Source: Amoeboaphelidium protococcarum X5 (Eukaryota > Fungi > Aphelidiomycota). Taken from it: a stretch of 64,000 nucleotides of DNA. Shown here piece by piece: positions 11,416 to 25,301 of this stretch. The stretch's first letter is position 1; every line of letters starts with the position of its first letter. The notes below the pieces were generated by a model. It saw only the letters and a program-made list of their open reading frames with translations. It was not told the origin of the DNA and did no database searches. Where the stretch lies: positions 286,476-350,475 of the forward strand of contig JALDTO010000162.1 in the NCBI GenBank assembly GCA_023515725.1. The letters are read 5' to 3'. A program made the position numbers and the translations under genes.

Positions 11416-14400
11416 ATGATGAATAGAAGATTGTCAGTTGAAACAACTTCGCAGCAGTAGCAGCAATAGCAGTATCGTAATGACTCTGGAGCGACATTGG
11501 TGAATTAGATATCAGACGTTTCAGATGCAATGTAGTCGGAGTATACCCTTGTTAATAATGATAGCGGAAGTGCTCAGGACTTGGTCGTTGCGCTAAAGTC
11601 TGGAGAACCCCCTAATGTCATTGTTGATTCTGGTGAGCCCGCGCAGTAGGCAGCTAATTTAGTATCACTCAAGATTGTCTAGTAGATAGAGATGGCCAAA
11701 TTATAGGCATATGATCACTAGAGCTAAAGTTAAATATCACCTCTACCTCCTAATACCACTCAGTCCAATGAGATGGGCAACGCAAGTGGTGCAGGCGGTA
11801 GCACTGATTCAGTTCAGAAATTGCCAGAACTCAGTACACCTATTGGATACTCTCGTCTACATGGTGTGGCGAATTAGTCATCTGCATCTGTACAGGCGGT
11901 ACCAGCTCCTAATGTACTCTTGTCTGGACATACTCGGAAATTGTCACATGATAAGCATTCAAGCAGTAGTAGTAGCAAGCATAGAGCGCAGTTGCTACAT
12001 AAGCGTCCATCCGCATCTAAAGTATAGTCAATGCCTGCAAATGATATTATCATGTCCACCAATTTGGAAGAGCTGGCGGTGTTGAGTAATATTCCTTAAT
12101 GGCTCATCTACTCGTGGACCTGCAAGAAGGATAAGACCATATCGGATAAGAAGACTCATTGTGCAATAGCGGAACTTTTCGTGCTGAAGCAGTATGTTCT
12201 TGCCACTCAGCTAGCTCAGAGTGCCTCTATTTCGTAGCAAGATCAGTTGGCGAAGAATATGTTGTAGATGTTCTAGAATGCCCATCGCATCCTCGCCAAG
12301 GCTTCATCATCATCTTCATCTGGCTCATCTACTGCGTCTCAGACTGAATTAGGAAGTCCGAGTGTGTAGCATTCCAAGGTGATCAAGGATAGGAGTAATT
12401 CCGGTGGTTCCTAAATGGGCGGTGTGTCTAATTAGCCAACAGGCTCGGATGCAGATTTTGGCCCTGCTGATCGGATATAATAATAGTCTCAGGGCAATGC
12501 AAACCATCCTGCTCCCTTGAAGAAGCCTCCTATTCCAGCTGGAATTCGTAGACGTGATCACTGTATTGCCTTTTTGGAGACTATGATCATAGCTGAGATT
12601 GAAGCGAACAAGTATGAATAGAATCTGTTTCGCCAGAATACCATGGTATCAAAGTTGCTAACGCTGTATGCTAATTAGAATGCGAAGGATTATTTGGTTA
12701 ACATGCTGTAGAAGGTGATTGACGATGTTTTAAAAATGGGGTCATTCGAAGTGGATCCTACCAAATTGATTATCAATTCTGATAGTAGTGGCTCCAACAG
12801 CAACGCTCCGTCACAGAATCCAGAGTATAATATGAAAAAGTTATTACAGGCTTGTCAAATGGTTCTGGATGCCGTAGTGGCTTCATCTTCTAAATGTCCG
12901 ATTGGTTTACAGAAGCTGTGTTATATCATTTAGAAGCAGGTGGATATGAGATTTAAGAATGGCAGAAGGATTAATGATCCACAGTCTGGTCATAATGTTA
13001 TCGACTCTTCCGTTCTGGCTGGTACGGATGGTCAAGACGATGGTTCACAATCTACGGCCACCTTGTCTCCTGGTGGTGGCAATGGTAGTAAATTTAAAAT
13101 GGTTGCAATTAGTGGATTCATGTTCTTGCGCTTCATATGTCCAGCTATCGTTACTCCAGAGACTAGTGGAATCGTCAAGTCTCCGTTGAACTCAAAGTAG
13201 AGGCGAAGTCTGGTACTGATCAGTAAAGTGTTGTAGAATCTGGCGAATGGAGTGCGATTTGGTAGTAAGGAAGCATATATGACACCCGCCAACTCCTTTC
13301 TGGTTGATAATGAGCCACAGCTGTACAAATTTTGTCATTAGATTCAGGATGTTGAGTCGGAAGGGCTCTACTGGGTCACCGAGTCTGTTGATTCAGAGAA
13401 GGATAGCTAGAGCTTAAGTGATTCTGTCAGTGCGTTACAGTAGCTGCTGATTGCACTCAATCAATAGATGAGTAAAATTTAGCAGGAGCTAGAGTCTGTG
13501 CAGATTAGTGAGGTGATGACCTATACCGTTTTCGGTGCGTTGAAATCTATTATCAAGAGGTTTGAGTTGATTGAGCGAACATACGATGTTCTTTATGGCA
13601 CTGATACTGGCGTTAGTGCTAGCCTCGCCGCCAAAAATCCGTTAGACTTTAGTTAGAGAGACCAAGAAATGTTGAATAACTCGGTGCTACTTGGTGGACT
13701 TGAAGAAGTTCTCTTAATGAATAGATACGTGTTGATTAAAGCTCTTATGAATCCGGTGAATTTTCTTGCTCATCGATCATTACTGCAGATGCCAACTGTC
13801 TATGCCACGATGGGCGCCAATGTTGGAAGTCAGGCCGCCAATTTGAATAGAGAAATGGATACGATTGCGCGTTCAGTCATTCAGGTTCTTGGTCCTCATG
13901 GCGGTTTGAAGCTGGTAGATGTGATTGAATGGGTAATTGATTAAGAAGTCAGCAAGCGATAAGAGATGGCTTTTAATAATGGTAGTGGGTAACAATTGAC
14001 GGCTGTTGATGTAATGAAGAAATGCTTGGAGGGTCCGTAAATTCCACGCTCCGAAGAGGATAGGGCTTAGTGTGCCCAGCATAATGCAACCTTTGGAACT
14101 TCAATGTCGTTCAAATTGCTGATTTCCTTCATGTTTGCCCACACTAAGGAGTATCTTAAGCCTCTGCTTTAGGACACTTGTTTGGAAGTTTGGAGCATTA
14201 GTGCCAGTTGTGAAATTGATCCCTCTCAGTTGAAGCCGGAAGAGAATTTGAAGAGCAACTTGGATAATCTTGTGGCAGCGACGATGAAGATCATACGAAC
14301 TATCACGAGTAATATTGTACTGATTCCTGAATGTATGCGTAAATCGATAAGGATGATGTATACTCGCCTGGGTGGCCGATTGGACTTGGATTCTGCTGTG

Positions 14401-16239
14401 GATTCTTATGCTGTGTAGAATGAAAATGCTATCCGCTGGGTATCAAATTTTCTGTTTTTGCGGTACTTTTGTCCTGTTATTGGTTCACCTGCATTTTACG
14501 GCGTGATTATGCCTGATTAGATTGAGGGCACTGATGTCTAGTCAGCGGGGAGAACTTTTGTACTGATTTCTTATATGATCCGGTTCCTAATTGCCAGAGT
14601 TAATCAGGAGAAAGATAACTAGCAAAATTAAGATTCTATGCCTTACGAAGAAGAGATTTTGGGTCCAATGCTTGAGGAATGGAAGTCTTGTGTGGTTAGT
14701 TTTATCAAGCAGATCTTGAATGCTCTTCCGTCCCTGCCTTCTGGTAATCTTTCGCATGTCTAATCTGAATCTGTGCCTAGTTTAGCGGAATCGAAATTGT
14801 CTAAAAACTCTGTTCAGGATGCTCCGGTAATGATATCGGCTAGCTCAAGAAGTAAAGGATTGTTGTATCTTAGGAAAATATTGACACCTTACGCGATCAA
14901 GTATTTGAAAACTTTGGTAGACCTGAAAGATTTCAAGTAATCTGCAAAGTTTCATCGTCATCTTGGTCCTCAGCCTGTGCCTGAGCGATCGGACTTTGAT
15001 CTCATGACACCTTCTAGAGACTCTAATGAATTATCTGGTCTTCGTATTGAATCTGTACAGTATAAGTTTATGGACAGAATCAGGGTTGTCCTATCTAGTA
15101 TTTACAAGGATCTTGAGAGCCAAAGTCTACCTAAAGATATAGTGGCGTCACGAAAGAATACCAACTCTCTATAGCCACCATCAGTTCCACCAATTTCTGA
15201 GGGTAATGAAGGGACGAATGGTTCGTAAGCTGCGACAAATCGTTCGGGTGGTGGGCAATTAACGTCTGACGATGAGCGATTTAATAGGCCTGCTGGATTC
15301 GTTGCAGTCAGCAATAAAGCTAGACGCGGTATGACTACTAATGTAAATAATGCACCATCACCAACGGAATTGAAATTGTTGAAGAAGGACTCTCTATTCT
15401 CATCATCTGGGAAATCTGATAAGTTTAATGAAGAGTTCTCCGCTATTCGTATATCTGATGCTGGCGAAGTTGGCAAAAGCGGTGGCAGTATTCATAGAGA
15501 CTCTTCCGTTCCCAAAGATTTGTAAAGTTCCGTCTCCGCATCTAAGTGGTAATTAAAGTCAAACTCCAACGCCATCTCGCTTGCAACCAAGAGTATTGTA
15601 AAAGGGATATTTTCATCCGTAAGATTTGGAGGTGGTGATGACCACTCTGCTGGGTAGAGTGATTTTGATGAATCTGTCACTGATGGAAATGGAGGCAAGA
15701 AGAAGGCAGGTAAAGTCGCTTAGACCAACCGGAATACCATGATGAATCCAGCCACTGTGGGAGATGGTGAACGTGGATTATTGAATTTGATAAGACGGCA
15801 CAGAGCTGAGGTTGCGATTGAAGATGGCAATCCAACGGTATCAGATGCACAGTCATCATCTTCCGGTAATGGAGCTAGTAATGGCAGTGTATCCGGAAAG
15901 TCGAAGAAATAGGATAAATTTTCAATCACTCAGCTAAAAGGAGGCTCTCAAGGGAATGATGAGTCTAATGGTAAACAGCAGGTTCGTGATTAGAATGCCG
16001 CGTCTACTAGCTCTTCATCTACCGATATAGAGGAAAAAGGTATAATTGACGCTGAGTTGGATAGTGGCGAATAGTTGAGTAAAGACTCAAAGTTTGCGAA
16101 GAATAGTATAAGCGGTGCCAGTGGCAAACAGGACGCCACTGTTTTGTAGAAGAAGCTAAAGCGAAAATCAGGAGATCCTGGTACCAAGCTGACTGCCGCC
16201 CAAGTAGAGAAGAATAACCGTGATAGATAGAATATTTGA
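11416..16239 (+). CDS. Large protein with two tandem RasGAP domains, about 1607 aa
   Basis: One frame joins track ORFs 12715-15525; domain 1 has LFRQNT, FMFLRFICPAIVTP and SKVLQNLAN; domain 2 has EIDP and FLFLRYFCPVIGSP. Confidence 0.88.
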
Positions 16240-16340
16240 TTGATAAGTCAAAATAAATATAAATAAGTGTTTATGATGACTTGAAGTGTAAGACATAGAG
16301 TTGATTAACAATCACTTAAGATTCCCTTTATAATATTCAC

Positions 16341-16931
16341 TCATACATTTCTACCTTTACTTTTACGAGTCACCGTGATCCATCCATCTTCATCCGGCTG
16401 GTTCGCGATGGCCTTTTAAGACGCAGTTTACCGAGAGTCAATAGCCATTTAATCGCTCATATCATCTACTGCAGCAGCATTACCAGACATTTCAATATCA
16501 TTATGCATAACAATATCTGGGGACCCGTTCATATGATCATCAGGTATCATTTATATGTCAGAATTCACTTTCACCTTACTTTCAGACATTGCTTACACTC
16601 TCTTCCACACTGGATCTTAATCGCTACCACTATACTCATTATACAGGGCGAGGGATAACTCTGCATATTAATCAATCGAGCCATCTTGTACTTAAATATC
16701 AAAAACATCAGCGAAAAATGCATCGTAGAAATCTACCAAATCATCAACATCAACACGGTCTCCATACTCGGTCATATATGACACTAATTCTTCACACAGC
16801 GACTATCGCTTACCCAACGCTCGCTCCAACCCATCACCATCGTTCTATATCGACAATTATAACGCGTCCCATGTCTATACCAGCACCTATATCCTCTATA
16901 ACAGACTCGATTTTTGAATTTAAGCAGTCAT
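16341..16931 (-). CDS. TSR2: Pre-rRNA processing protein Tsr2-like, 196 aa (WGG motif degenerate)
   Basis: WDALQLSIQN...DVFDIQVQDGS...LYNEY and C-terminal DEDGWITVTRKSK. Confidence 0.8.
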
Positions 16932-17045
16932 TATATCTTAGTACATACAGTGATATGTGATTAGGACTACCGGGAAAAAAGGTGAAAACATAAGACGAAA
17001 TAGGAGAGAATGGACCAAAATACAAAATTGGATAACAGTCAGAAA

Positions 17046-17654
17046 TCACTCATTGATAAACTCTTCAAAATCTATGGAAGAATTTGAATTTCCAAATGAA
17101 GTATCAACTTTCCCATACTTGTTATTCCACTTCCCTAAATCTCCCATAAAGCGCTAGCTCTCCAGCAATAACTCTTCGCTTTCATAATCATCGCTCGATC
17201 CCAACTGTAATGATGAACTTTGTGCAAAGGACTGATCATCGGAAGTGGAGACAAAACTAAGATCTTGTACTTATTAAGACGACATGAGAGATGCAGACTG
17301 ATGCGTGTAATCAACATCAAGCAGCGATCTATTATCATCTGCAATATCGATTCTTGCCTCTTGACGATTGTTAGTGGGATTTTTTGATTTAACGTGTTAT
17401 TACTACTACTACAGCTTATCATGTTTATACTTTCCAACGCTACGCCGCCTATCTAGCTCATCCGTCAAATCCGTCTACGCTTCGATCAAAGACTCAAATT
17501 CCAAATCATGATTCTAATATCGCCGACTGATTCTATCATAAATAAAGCGTGTTTTGTAAGAGTGCACAGCATCTTCAACAACATTGTAACACGCGATCAG
17601 AGGATACAGAAGACAGCCAATGAATGTACTTAGAGCAGATTTAATAGCTTCCAT
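17046..17654 (-). CDS. Hypothetical protein, 202 aa
   Basis: ATG 17654 to TGA 17046 open with TAR=Gln; hydrophobic N-terminus, acidic/Ser-rich remainder. Confidence 0.7.
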
Positions 17655-18038
17655 TCCTTAAATAAGATATAATCTTTTAATTACACAACAGCAATTACTT
17701 ATTCAAAATAGAATTAGCTAAGGAAATATTCTTGAAGGATCAACCAGAATCAATTTAATTTCAATCAGGTCAACAACGTAGCGAATCATCCCTTTTGAAG
17801 CAACCGTCCCCTGATTAAAACCGGCGGCTCCCATAACGCGCAGAGTCTTGCACTTAAAATCTTCATCCATGGACGCGACGTTCCACAAATTGTTTTGTTT
17901 CAGCCATTGCCCGTTTCCTTCCAATGTTATTCGTTTTTGCATTTTACTCCAAATTCACACTGTCATCTCTGTTGACTGCAGTTACTAATACATTGTACGC
18001 ATTCCCACTAGCATCAAGATCTGAACACGTATAAAGTA

Positions 18039-19538
18039 ATGTCTGGCGAAGAGTTGAACATTGATGAACTTTTGAATGAGACTACACCGACTTGGTTAAA
18101 GTAAAAGTCTAAGGTTTCTGGTGGAGATAATGATCGCTCCTATGGAGAATTTGATATCCAAGATCCGCCTCTTAATAGAAACGACAAAGTGGTAAAGTAG
18201 AAAATTATTAACGATAGAATAGAGGATGATGATGATTAAGTGTAACTTGGAGATCGATAAAAGTAGTCAGCTCTGCCTTTTAAAGATGTTCTGAGTCTCG
18301 AAGATCTCTCTGTAAAGTAATAGTAGTAATCTGGTTCCACTCTGACATCTAACAAGAGGCAAGCTTATGGCCAGAATATAGATTCTGATTAAACCGGATT
18401 ATTTTAAAATGTTTTGCAGTAATTATAGATATTGTAAAAGAATTAGGAAATAATGCAATATGCTTTAAATGATCATCAGTAAGAGTAAAAGTCTCATTTT
18501 GAACAGAACTCAAGATAATAACAGCAATTGTTGAGATCAGAACTTAAAATGTCTGGAGAAGCCTTCAGAGATTAGATTATATCACTGGTTGGTCAGATGA
18601 TGTAGAATGCCATTGAAGGTGATGTTTAGAGATATATCGCTGACTCTTAATTGTAAACACAAGAATATATCACATTATCCATGAAATCCGCATCTGCTGG
18701 TATAATAAGTTAGTTGGTGCCCAAGTTTGATCAAGTTTATAAGAATGTCGGAGTAGTTAATGAGAGCGTTAATGGACTGTCTAGAAATGTCAAAGAGTAG
18801 TTGGGAGAGATGCAATTGCTTAGAATACAGTTTGAAGATGAGTATAAATTAAAGTAGTAAGAACTGTAGGAAGCCAAGTCAAAGTTGAATGTAGATAGAA
18901 TAGAGTTTGAGGCCGGCAGATTAAAGATATAAAAAGACTTGGATTCTATGCAGAAGAATGTCAAAATAGACTGTGATAAAGAGAGATAAAACTGGATATA
19001 TGAGAAGGTGTAGTTGAAGAAAGAGTTGGATGAGATGAGATCTGGTCAGGTGGAAGCCAAGTCTTCTCTCAACGATCTTTAGTCAAAATTGGAGCAAATG
19101 CAATTCGAGTAATCCTCACTGGAATCCAAGATATAATAATCCAAGTCAACCCTGAAATAGCTCAAGGATAGAGAACACAATGCTGAATAAGTGTACAAGG
19201 ACGCTTTGAGAACCAAGAAGGAAGTGAATGAAATGATAAACCAGGCAGAGTAATTGCGACTGGAGGCCATTGAGATGAAGAGAGTCGCGGCGTAAGAGAA
19301 GTTTCAACTTCAGGAGGAGCGTGCCAGATTTGAGTAAATCAAGTCTTTATTTCTCTAATAATAATAACAAGAGAGCTAGAAGCAGTAATCTATCGGTAAA
19401 GAGAATGTTATGGTGCAGGCTGATTATAAGAAGAGCGACATTGACATGTCATGGTTAAATGGAAATTAGCAAGAATGGCCATGGAGGAAATCAATGTAAC
19501 AAAGAAGAGCGGCTAGTGCTATTCCACCTCAAGATTGA
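18039..19538 (+). CDS. Gln-rich coiled-coil protein, 499 aa
   Basis: Continuous frame only under TAR=Gln (absent from the ORF track); long E/K/Q/L heptad region. Confidence 0.85.
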
Positions 19539-19616
19539 TATCCTCTTTTCTGATAATATGAAATGAAAAGTCATTACTTTCAATAGTATTTATTTATTTG
19601 AATTTCTACGGTATTG

Positions 19617-22016
19617 TCAATTAATCTCCTGGAGTAGGAAATCTTAGTACTTTGCAGTTAATAACTCAGAGATGGTCTTACAATCGACCGTCAATACTCT
19701 GTATCCATTGATATCCTATCGAACGATGTTATTCTGAGTGCTGATGGTTTTCACAGAAACGGATGGTAATGACTCGCGATCATCAACATCTTACACAACT
19801 CCATTGTCTTCGGCATGATGTTGATTTTGATGATGAGCAAGATAATCTTCACCAAGGGCCTCTGATACCTTTCTCTTCTTGTTCAAGTGTAAAAGCTCCT
19901 CTTACTGACTTAATGACTTCTAAACATTATCCTATTTCAAGGCCACAAATACTATGTTCTATTTCAAATTCTAATCCAACAAAGCTTGATGATCGGTACA
20001 CTAATAGAAACTCCTCAACTCGGTTAGTAGCACAATAATCTTGAACTGAACGCCTATTTCAGCGATTAAAGTCAAAAGATCCACAGAATACTGGAGAAAC
20101 GCCTCAGGTAATACTATGGTGACTCTGGTATGCGCTGTGCCATCATACTATTTCCCACGTAAGACAGAGGAGACTGAACTCAACAAGTATGCGCGTTTGG
20201 CAAGTTCAACGTGTCTAGAGGGTCGTTTAAGCTGTGGATATGGTTAATTTCTACCAAGATTACCATCAAAGCCATTAAATAGCATTAAACTTCCATCCAC
20301 GCAATCATTCCAAATCAAAAAATGCTGCAATAATAATAGTCCAGCAGGGACAACTACCAAATCACTGTCATTTGCAGAGTTATGCAAAGGATATGAGTCA
20401 ATGACTAGGAGATGTTTATCAACCTAATTATCTAGACTTCGCGACGCAACTATCTGAGTGGCATCAAGACCGTACTGCGCAAAGTCACTATTATCAATCT
20501 GCTAACACTCAATCTTGAATGCCATGAAATCTTTACACAGAGCTTGAGTCAAAGATTGCATCATCCAACCATTGAACAACCCCTTATGACTAACTGCAAG
20601 CTATAAGTCTTTCTGAAGCGTCTAGTTAACGAAACCACCCAAAGCAGGCCAGAATTTAGAAAAGAACGGCACAAGAATATTGCATAGGTCTATGCACTCT
20701 CTAGACGGTAATCTGCCTTACATGATACTCTGCTTACTCCCAGACTTAGACTCGATATTAGCATTATGGTGTCCATTGCTCTCACCAGCCACCTCCACCT
20801 CTGCTTCTTCTTCATTCAATTCTTCTAGTTCACGCAATAAAGCCAGACGCTCCTCATCCATCTCATCATCATCATTATCAGCAGCTGCAATGTCATTTAC
20901 AGCGCCGCCGTCAACATCATCGCCCTCGCTCTGGTCACTATAACTAAATTGATTACCGTTTAAATTATAATCTTATGCACCACTCTTTGCCGGATCATCA
21001 GGCAATTACGGTGGACTTTAGCCAAGTAATACTTTAGTGCATGCAACAACAGCGCGTGATATATCCAGCAAGTGGTATCCACCTTCTAGACAAATGACCA
21101 CTTTACTGCATACGGATTACAGGAGATGTGTCATTTGAGCATAAGCTTCAAAAGTAAGTTTGTTCCCACCAAGAGGGTCATTATACGCAGCATCAAATCC
21201 GGCCGATATTATCACAATCTCTGGCTTGAATTACGTGGCAATCGGAAGGATAATCTTATGGAATACATGCAGGTAGTCAAAGTTACCAAATCCAGCGCAA
21301 GGCCATGGAATATTGATATTGTATCCTCTAGCATTAGGACCACCGACGTACGTGTAATTTGCAGTCTCACTGCTCGGATAGAATGTCCCATCCTCATATC
21401 TATGAATGGAAACGAACAAAACCTCCGGATCGTCATAGAAAGCTTCCTAAGTGCCATTACCATGATGTACATCCCAGTCTACAATCAGTATTCTGCGAGC
21501 TCCGTGTTCATTTATCAACTTTCTGGCAGCTATGGCCACACTATTAAAAATACAGAATCCCATTGCCTGATCTGGTTCAGCGTGATGTGATGGAGGGCGT
21601 ATCATTGCGAGTCCATTGTCAAACGCGCCCTGCCATACGGAGAGAACGCAATCTATCACGCCACCAACAGCGAGCATCGAACATCCAAAGGTACTTTCAT
21701 TCATGTAAACAGAGTTGTACCACGTGTTACTCGCCACCATTAGCTCATCGAGTGTCATACTCTCAGTCTTTAGCATACGATTATACAAATACTCTTTATG
21801 CGTATTCAATACATCATCTTTATAACATGGATTGGGAGTAATAACGTGCAGTCTATCCAACACATTTGCAGATTTCAAGGCTTAATAAATGGCGCGAAGT
21901 CTGTATGGAGATTCAGGATGGTCCATATCATTCTAATCAATGGGCATGTGGTTCAGATATCGGTTATCATAAACAATAGCTGTCCTCTTTTACAGATCTC
22001 CGCCATCATTAATCAT
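19617..22016 (-). CDS. HDA1: Class II histone deacetylase (Hda1/Clr3-like) with probable C-terminal Arb2 region, 799 aa
   Basis: [41 protein letters not shown]. Confidence 0.92.
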
Positions 22017-22135
22017 CTTTAAAGACGCGTTATTTATTTAGAATTTCTAGTTTTGTTTCAAAACTGAAATTAGAAAAGAGAGAACGCGGTCGAAATCCTT
22101 TAAAGAACTATCCGATAACACATGAATAGGATTTG

Positions 22136-22574
22136 ATGATGGACACTTAATAAAGTTGTGTGGAAACTAGTGAGCTAGAAGAACGAATATGTGATGAAAT
22201 AAAATCAAACATTATGAGTAATTTTGAATGCCATTAATTACAAGGACATTGACGGTGATTTGATGTAGATCCAATGACCGATGAACTTTCCCTCATGGAA
22301 TCCTTTAACTACGCGGTAAATGACATTTATGCAGACTTGAACAATAGAGTGCAGTCAACATTGTAGCAGGCGTCATAAATCTCGAATCTATGTAATTGTA
22401 TTCAACTTTATTCTCAATGGACGAAATTGTTATAAAGTGAATGATGTAGATGGGTCTTTTGATAATCTTCCTCAGCAAGTGGATGAAATTGTGGCGCGTG
22501 TAAAGTACTTGGAAGATTTAACATTGGAACTTGAAGCGTTTCAGACATAATTGGAGCAAGATAGAAATTAATGA
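22136..22574 (+). CDS. BLOC1S2: BLOC-1 subunit 2-like, 113 aa; introns 22218-22268 and 22392-22437
   Basis: Spliced product ELSLMESFN...Y...QVDEIVARVKYLEDLTLELEAFQTQLE resembles BLOC1S2; GT-AG introns restore the frame. Confidence 0.7.
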
Positions 22575-22636
22575 ATGACTGCGTGTATGTATAAATGTCA
22601 AGTATCAAATTCATTAACTTTATACTAACGCGTATT

Positions 22637-23516
22637 TCATTATTATCTCGTCATCAGTCTTAAATATGCAATAGCATCATCAGTCTTGTTGAGGAATTGA
22701 TCAAATAAATGTCGCGAGTGTTTCATCGTTTCGTCTCTGATTTCCTGCGGCAGAAACACAACGGCCAGTGACAGCAAAATCGGCAGAGAGAACACGATCA
22801 GTGCTGCAAATGTTACTCCACTCTTTTCGTTCTTGGCCACGAGGATTCTTTCCTACACAGAGATTGATGGAGTATAATTGGTGTATAAGACAGAATGTGA
22901 TAGGCGATAACTTACAGGTGGAACGTCCGAGATGGAAGCAATCGAGCCAACATCGTTCATACCTGATCGCGGCCTAATGTTCAATTGACAATCCAAGAGT
23001 CGTTGTTCAATTCGAGATCTTGGAACAGTTTTCCACTACATATTGACTTCATATTATTATTACATCGAGATGGTGACGACAACCTTAAAAGATCAGAATT
23101 ACAAATTCAGCAGATTATCCATCCTCAAGTGCAGTCAATCTAACTAATTAGAGTAGAAATTTGTCACTTTCATCGATTTCACCATCACATTTAACTACAT
23201 GGTTTTTAATCAATCACTACTTTTCAGTCTCAACTTCTACCAGCATGACTTACCGTATACATCAATTCTACTTAGCGGTTAAATAATTCCATAGACTGGT
23301 CTGACAGAGTACTTGGACGGGGCATTAGTTTTCAATTTAAATGCCACGGTTAATTGCTCAAGTCCGGTATGAAACAGCTGAATTTTACTCACATATCCAG
23401 ACGCTTGCCTAGAGCCTACATTACCATATTGAAAGCGATTCAGAAAGTTGCAATATAATTTAATAAATACCAGAAAATATAAAAGACTATGAAGAAGTCT
23501 CCACCAAAGAAGTCAT
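22637..23516 (-). CDS. MSP (major sperm protein/VAP-like) domain protein with C-terminal TM; introns 23416-23470, 23195-23253, 23036-23102
   Basis: VAFKLKTNAPSKYSVRPVYGII and DKFLLQ motifs; exon phases are consistent. Confidence 0.85.
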
Positions 23517-23696
23517 TATTGAAGAGCTTCTCAATTGCTAGAGAGTAGGATTGAGTTGAAATAAAGAGATTCCCCAGAAAGCAAAGTACGGAATACGGAA
23601 ATGTAAAGAAAGAGACGAAAGCGTTCGATAAGAGATCCGTTTCAAATTTCACAATCACTCATCCTCACAGTAGGTGCGCACTTAATATCACATTTC

Positions 23697-25077
23697 TCAC
23701 TTCTACTGCTATTTTAGAAGTCTTAGAACCTGTTCTTGATTAGGTGCTAGAGTGGACTCAAACTTGTCAAGAAGAGATTTGCAAGACTCTATGTTGGTAG
23801 TTAGCTTGGACTACTCAGACGAGATCAAGTCGACAGATTCAGTTAGCGACTAGGCTTTCATAATCAGAGGTTTCATTGAAGATATTTTAGTCAGCAGTTG
23901 AGGTAGGAGATGCAAGTGTGTACGCGATTACTCGACAAAATTATACAAATCGCCAATGGCTTTCCTTTACACAATGTCACTTGATGACACAAGTTCACCT
24001 GTTGATCTGCTACTAATACTATCCAACTCTGCAATCAAATTATGGCACTTCATACTCAATCCGTCCAGCTTTCCAGGCTGAAGAAGCAATTTCACATCTT
24101 TTTCAAGTTTACTTATTGTGTCTATAATGTTCACTGGTACACTTTCAGCATCAACTCCATCCAGACCAACAAGTTTCTCAAATTAGGATAATTTACTCAA
24201 TAACTCGCCGAATTATTTATCATTCACAGATCTTGAAATGCTCTTTATCTGCTCAATCTACTAATTGACCATCTTTGCCACTTCATCACTAGATGATTAA
24301 AAGTTTAAATTTCGCAATTACTATTCAATACTATCAGTTTTAGCAGCAGAACTTTCAGATTAAACACCTGCAAAGCCGCGTTAAGATTTTAAATCCGATT
24401 CAATTTGCTCCAAGTGCTTGAGCATAGACTTGCAACTCAGCGGGTCTTAATCCTCATTCTACTGACCAGTCTAGGATGTAGCAGTAGCACCACCCTGAGA
24501 TAGCTCACGCTTCAACTCTTCAACTTCAAAGGTCAGCCGTCGGAATTTGTCAAGTGGAGACTCGCGCAACTCTGATCTGAAAGAGAGATCCTCAGCAGAC
24601 GCGTCTCCACCTCCATACTTGGACAGCAATTTCGTGCTTCCATGAAGAGCAGCCTGGTACATTGCTTGTCTTCGCTAAGCTAATCTATTAGTAAAATCGA
24701 CGCCAATAGTGTCAAGAACGGCATCCTTAAACTTGGATTGCGCCTGTTTAGAGGACAGATGTTCACGAACAATGTCCTCCTCCATATCTACAGTCACCTA
24801 TTTTTCCAATCTCAACTACCTTTTAACATCTTCCAGCATCTACAAATAAAAATGCGTTAAATAATTCCAATATTCGCGGATAAAAGATAGAAAGTCTTAC
24901 ATTGGAGGGGAAATCCTCTTCAATCCTGACTCTCTAACGCGACCCTTCTGTCAACACTACATCTTACGACTCAAACACGTCTTGACCATCAGTGTCCTAC
25001 AATTCAATTAAATAAATGAATACTCTTTTAGTAAAAAACGTACTCACAATGTCCGGTAAGTTGGAAAACTTTTGCAT
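23697..25077 (-). CDS. DCTN2: Dynactin subunit 2 (p50/dynamitin); introns 24997-25047 and 24840-24900
   Basis: MQKFSNLPDIDTDGQDVFES N-terminus, ESPLDKFRRLTFEVEEL, coiled coils. Confidence 0.88.
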
Positions 25078-25301
25078 TGCGCACGCAGTTAATGTCTCTC
25101 AGTCGAAATGAACTAATGCTTAGCCTTAGTTGCTCTAACGAGAACTTAATGAGAGAAATTTGATCAAGCAATTGGACGCAACAAGTAATTACGCATATAA
25201 ACACGCTCTAAAACGCAAATTCCGATTAAATTCAAAAGGAAATAAAATTAAATCATATCAGATATAGTAAACTTTATTTTCAAGTTGGATGACAATACCG
25301 A

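Noticed and set aside
17718-17942. 74-aa ORF between divergent genes
   Set aside because: Occupies the probable promoter and has no motifs
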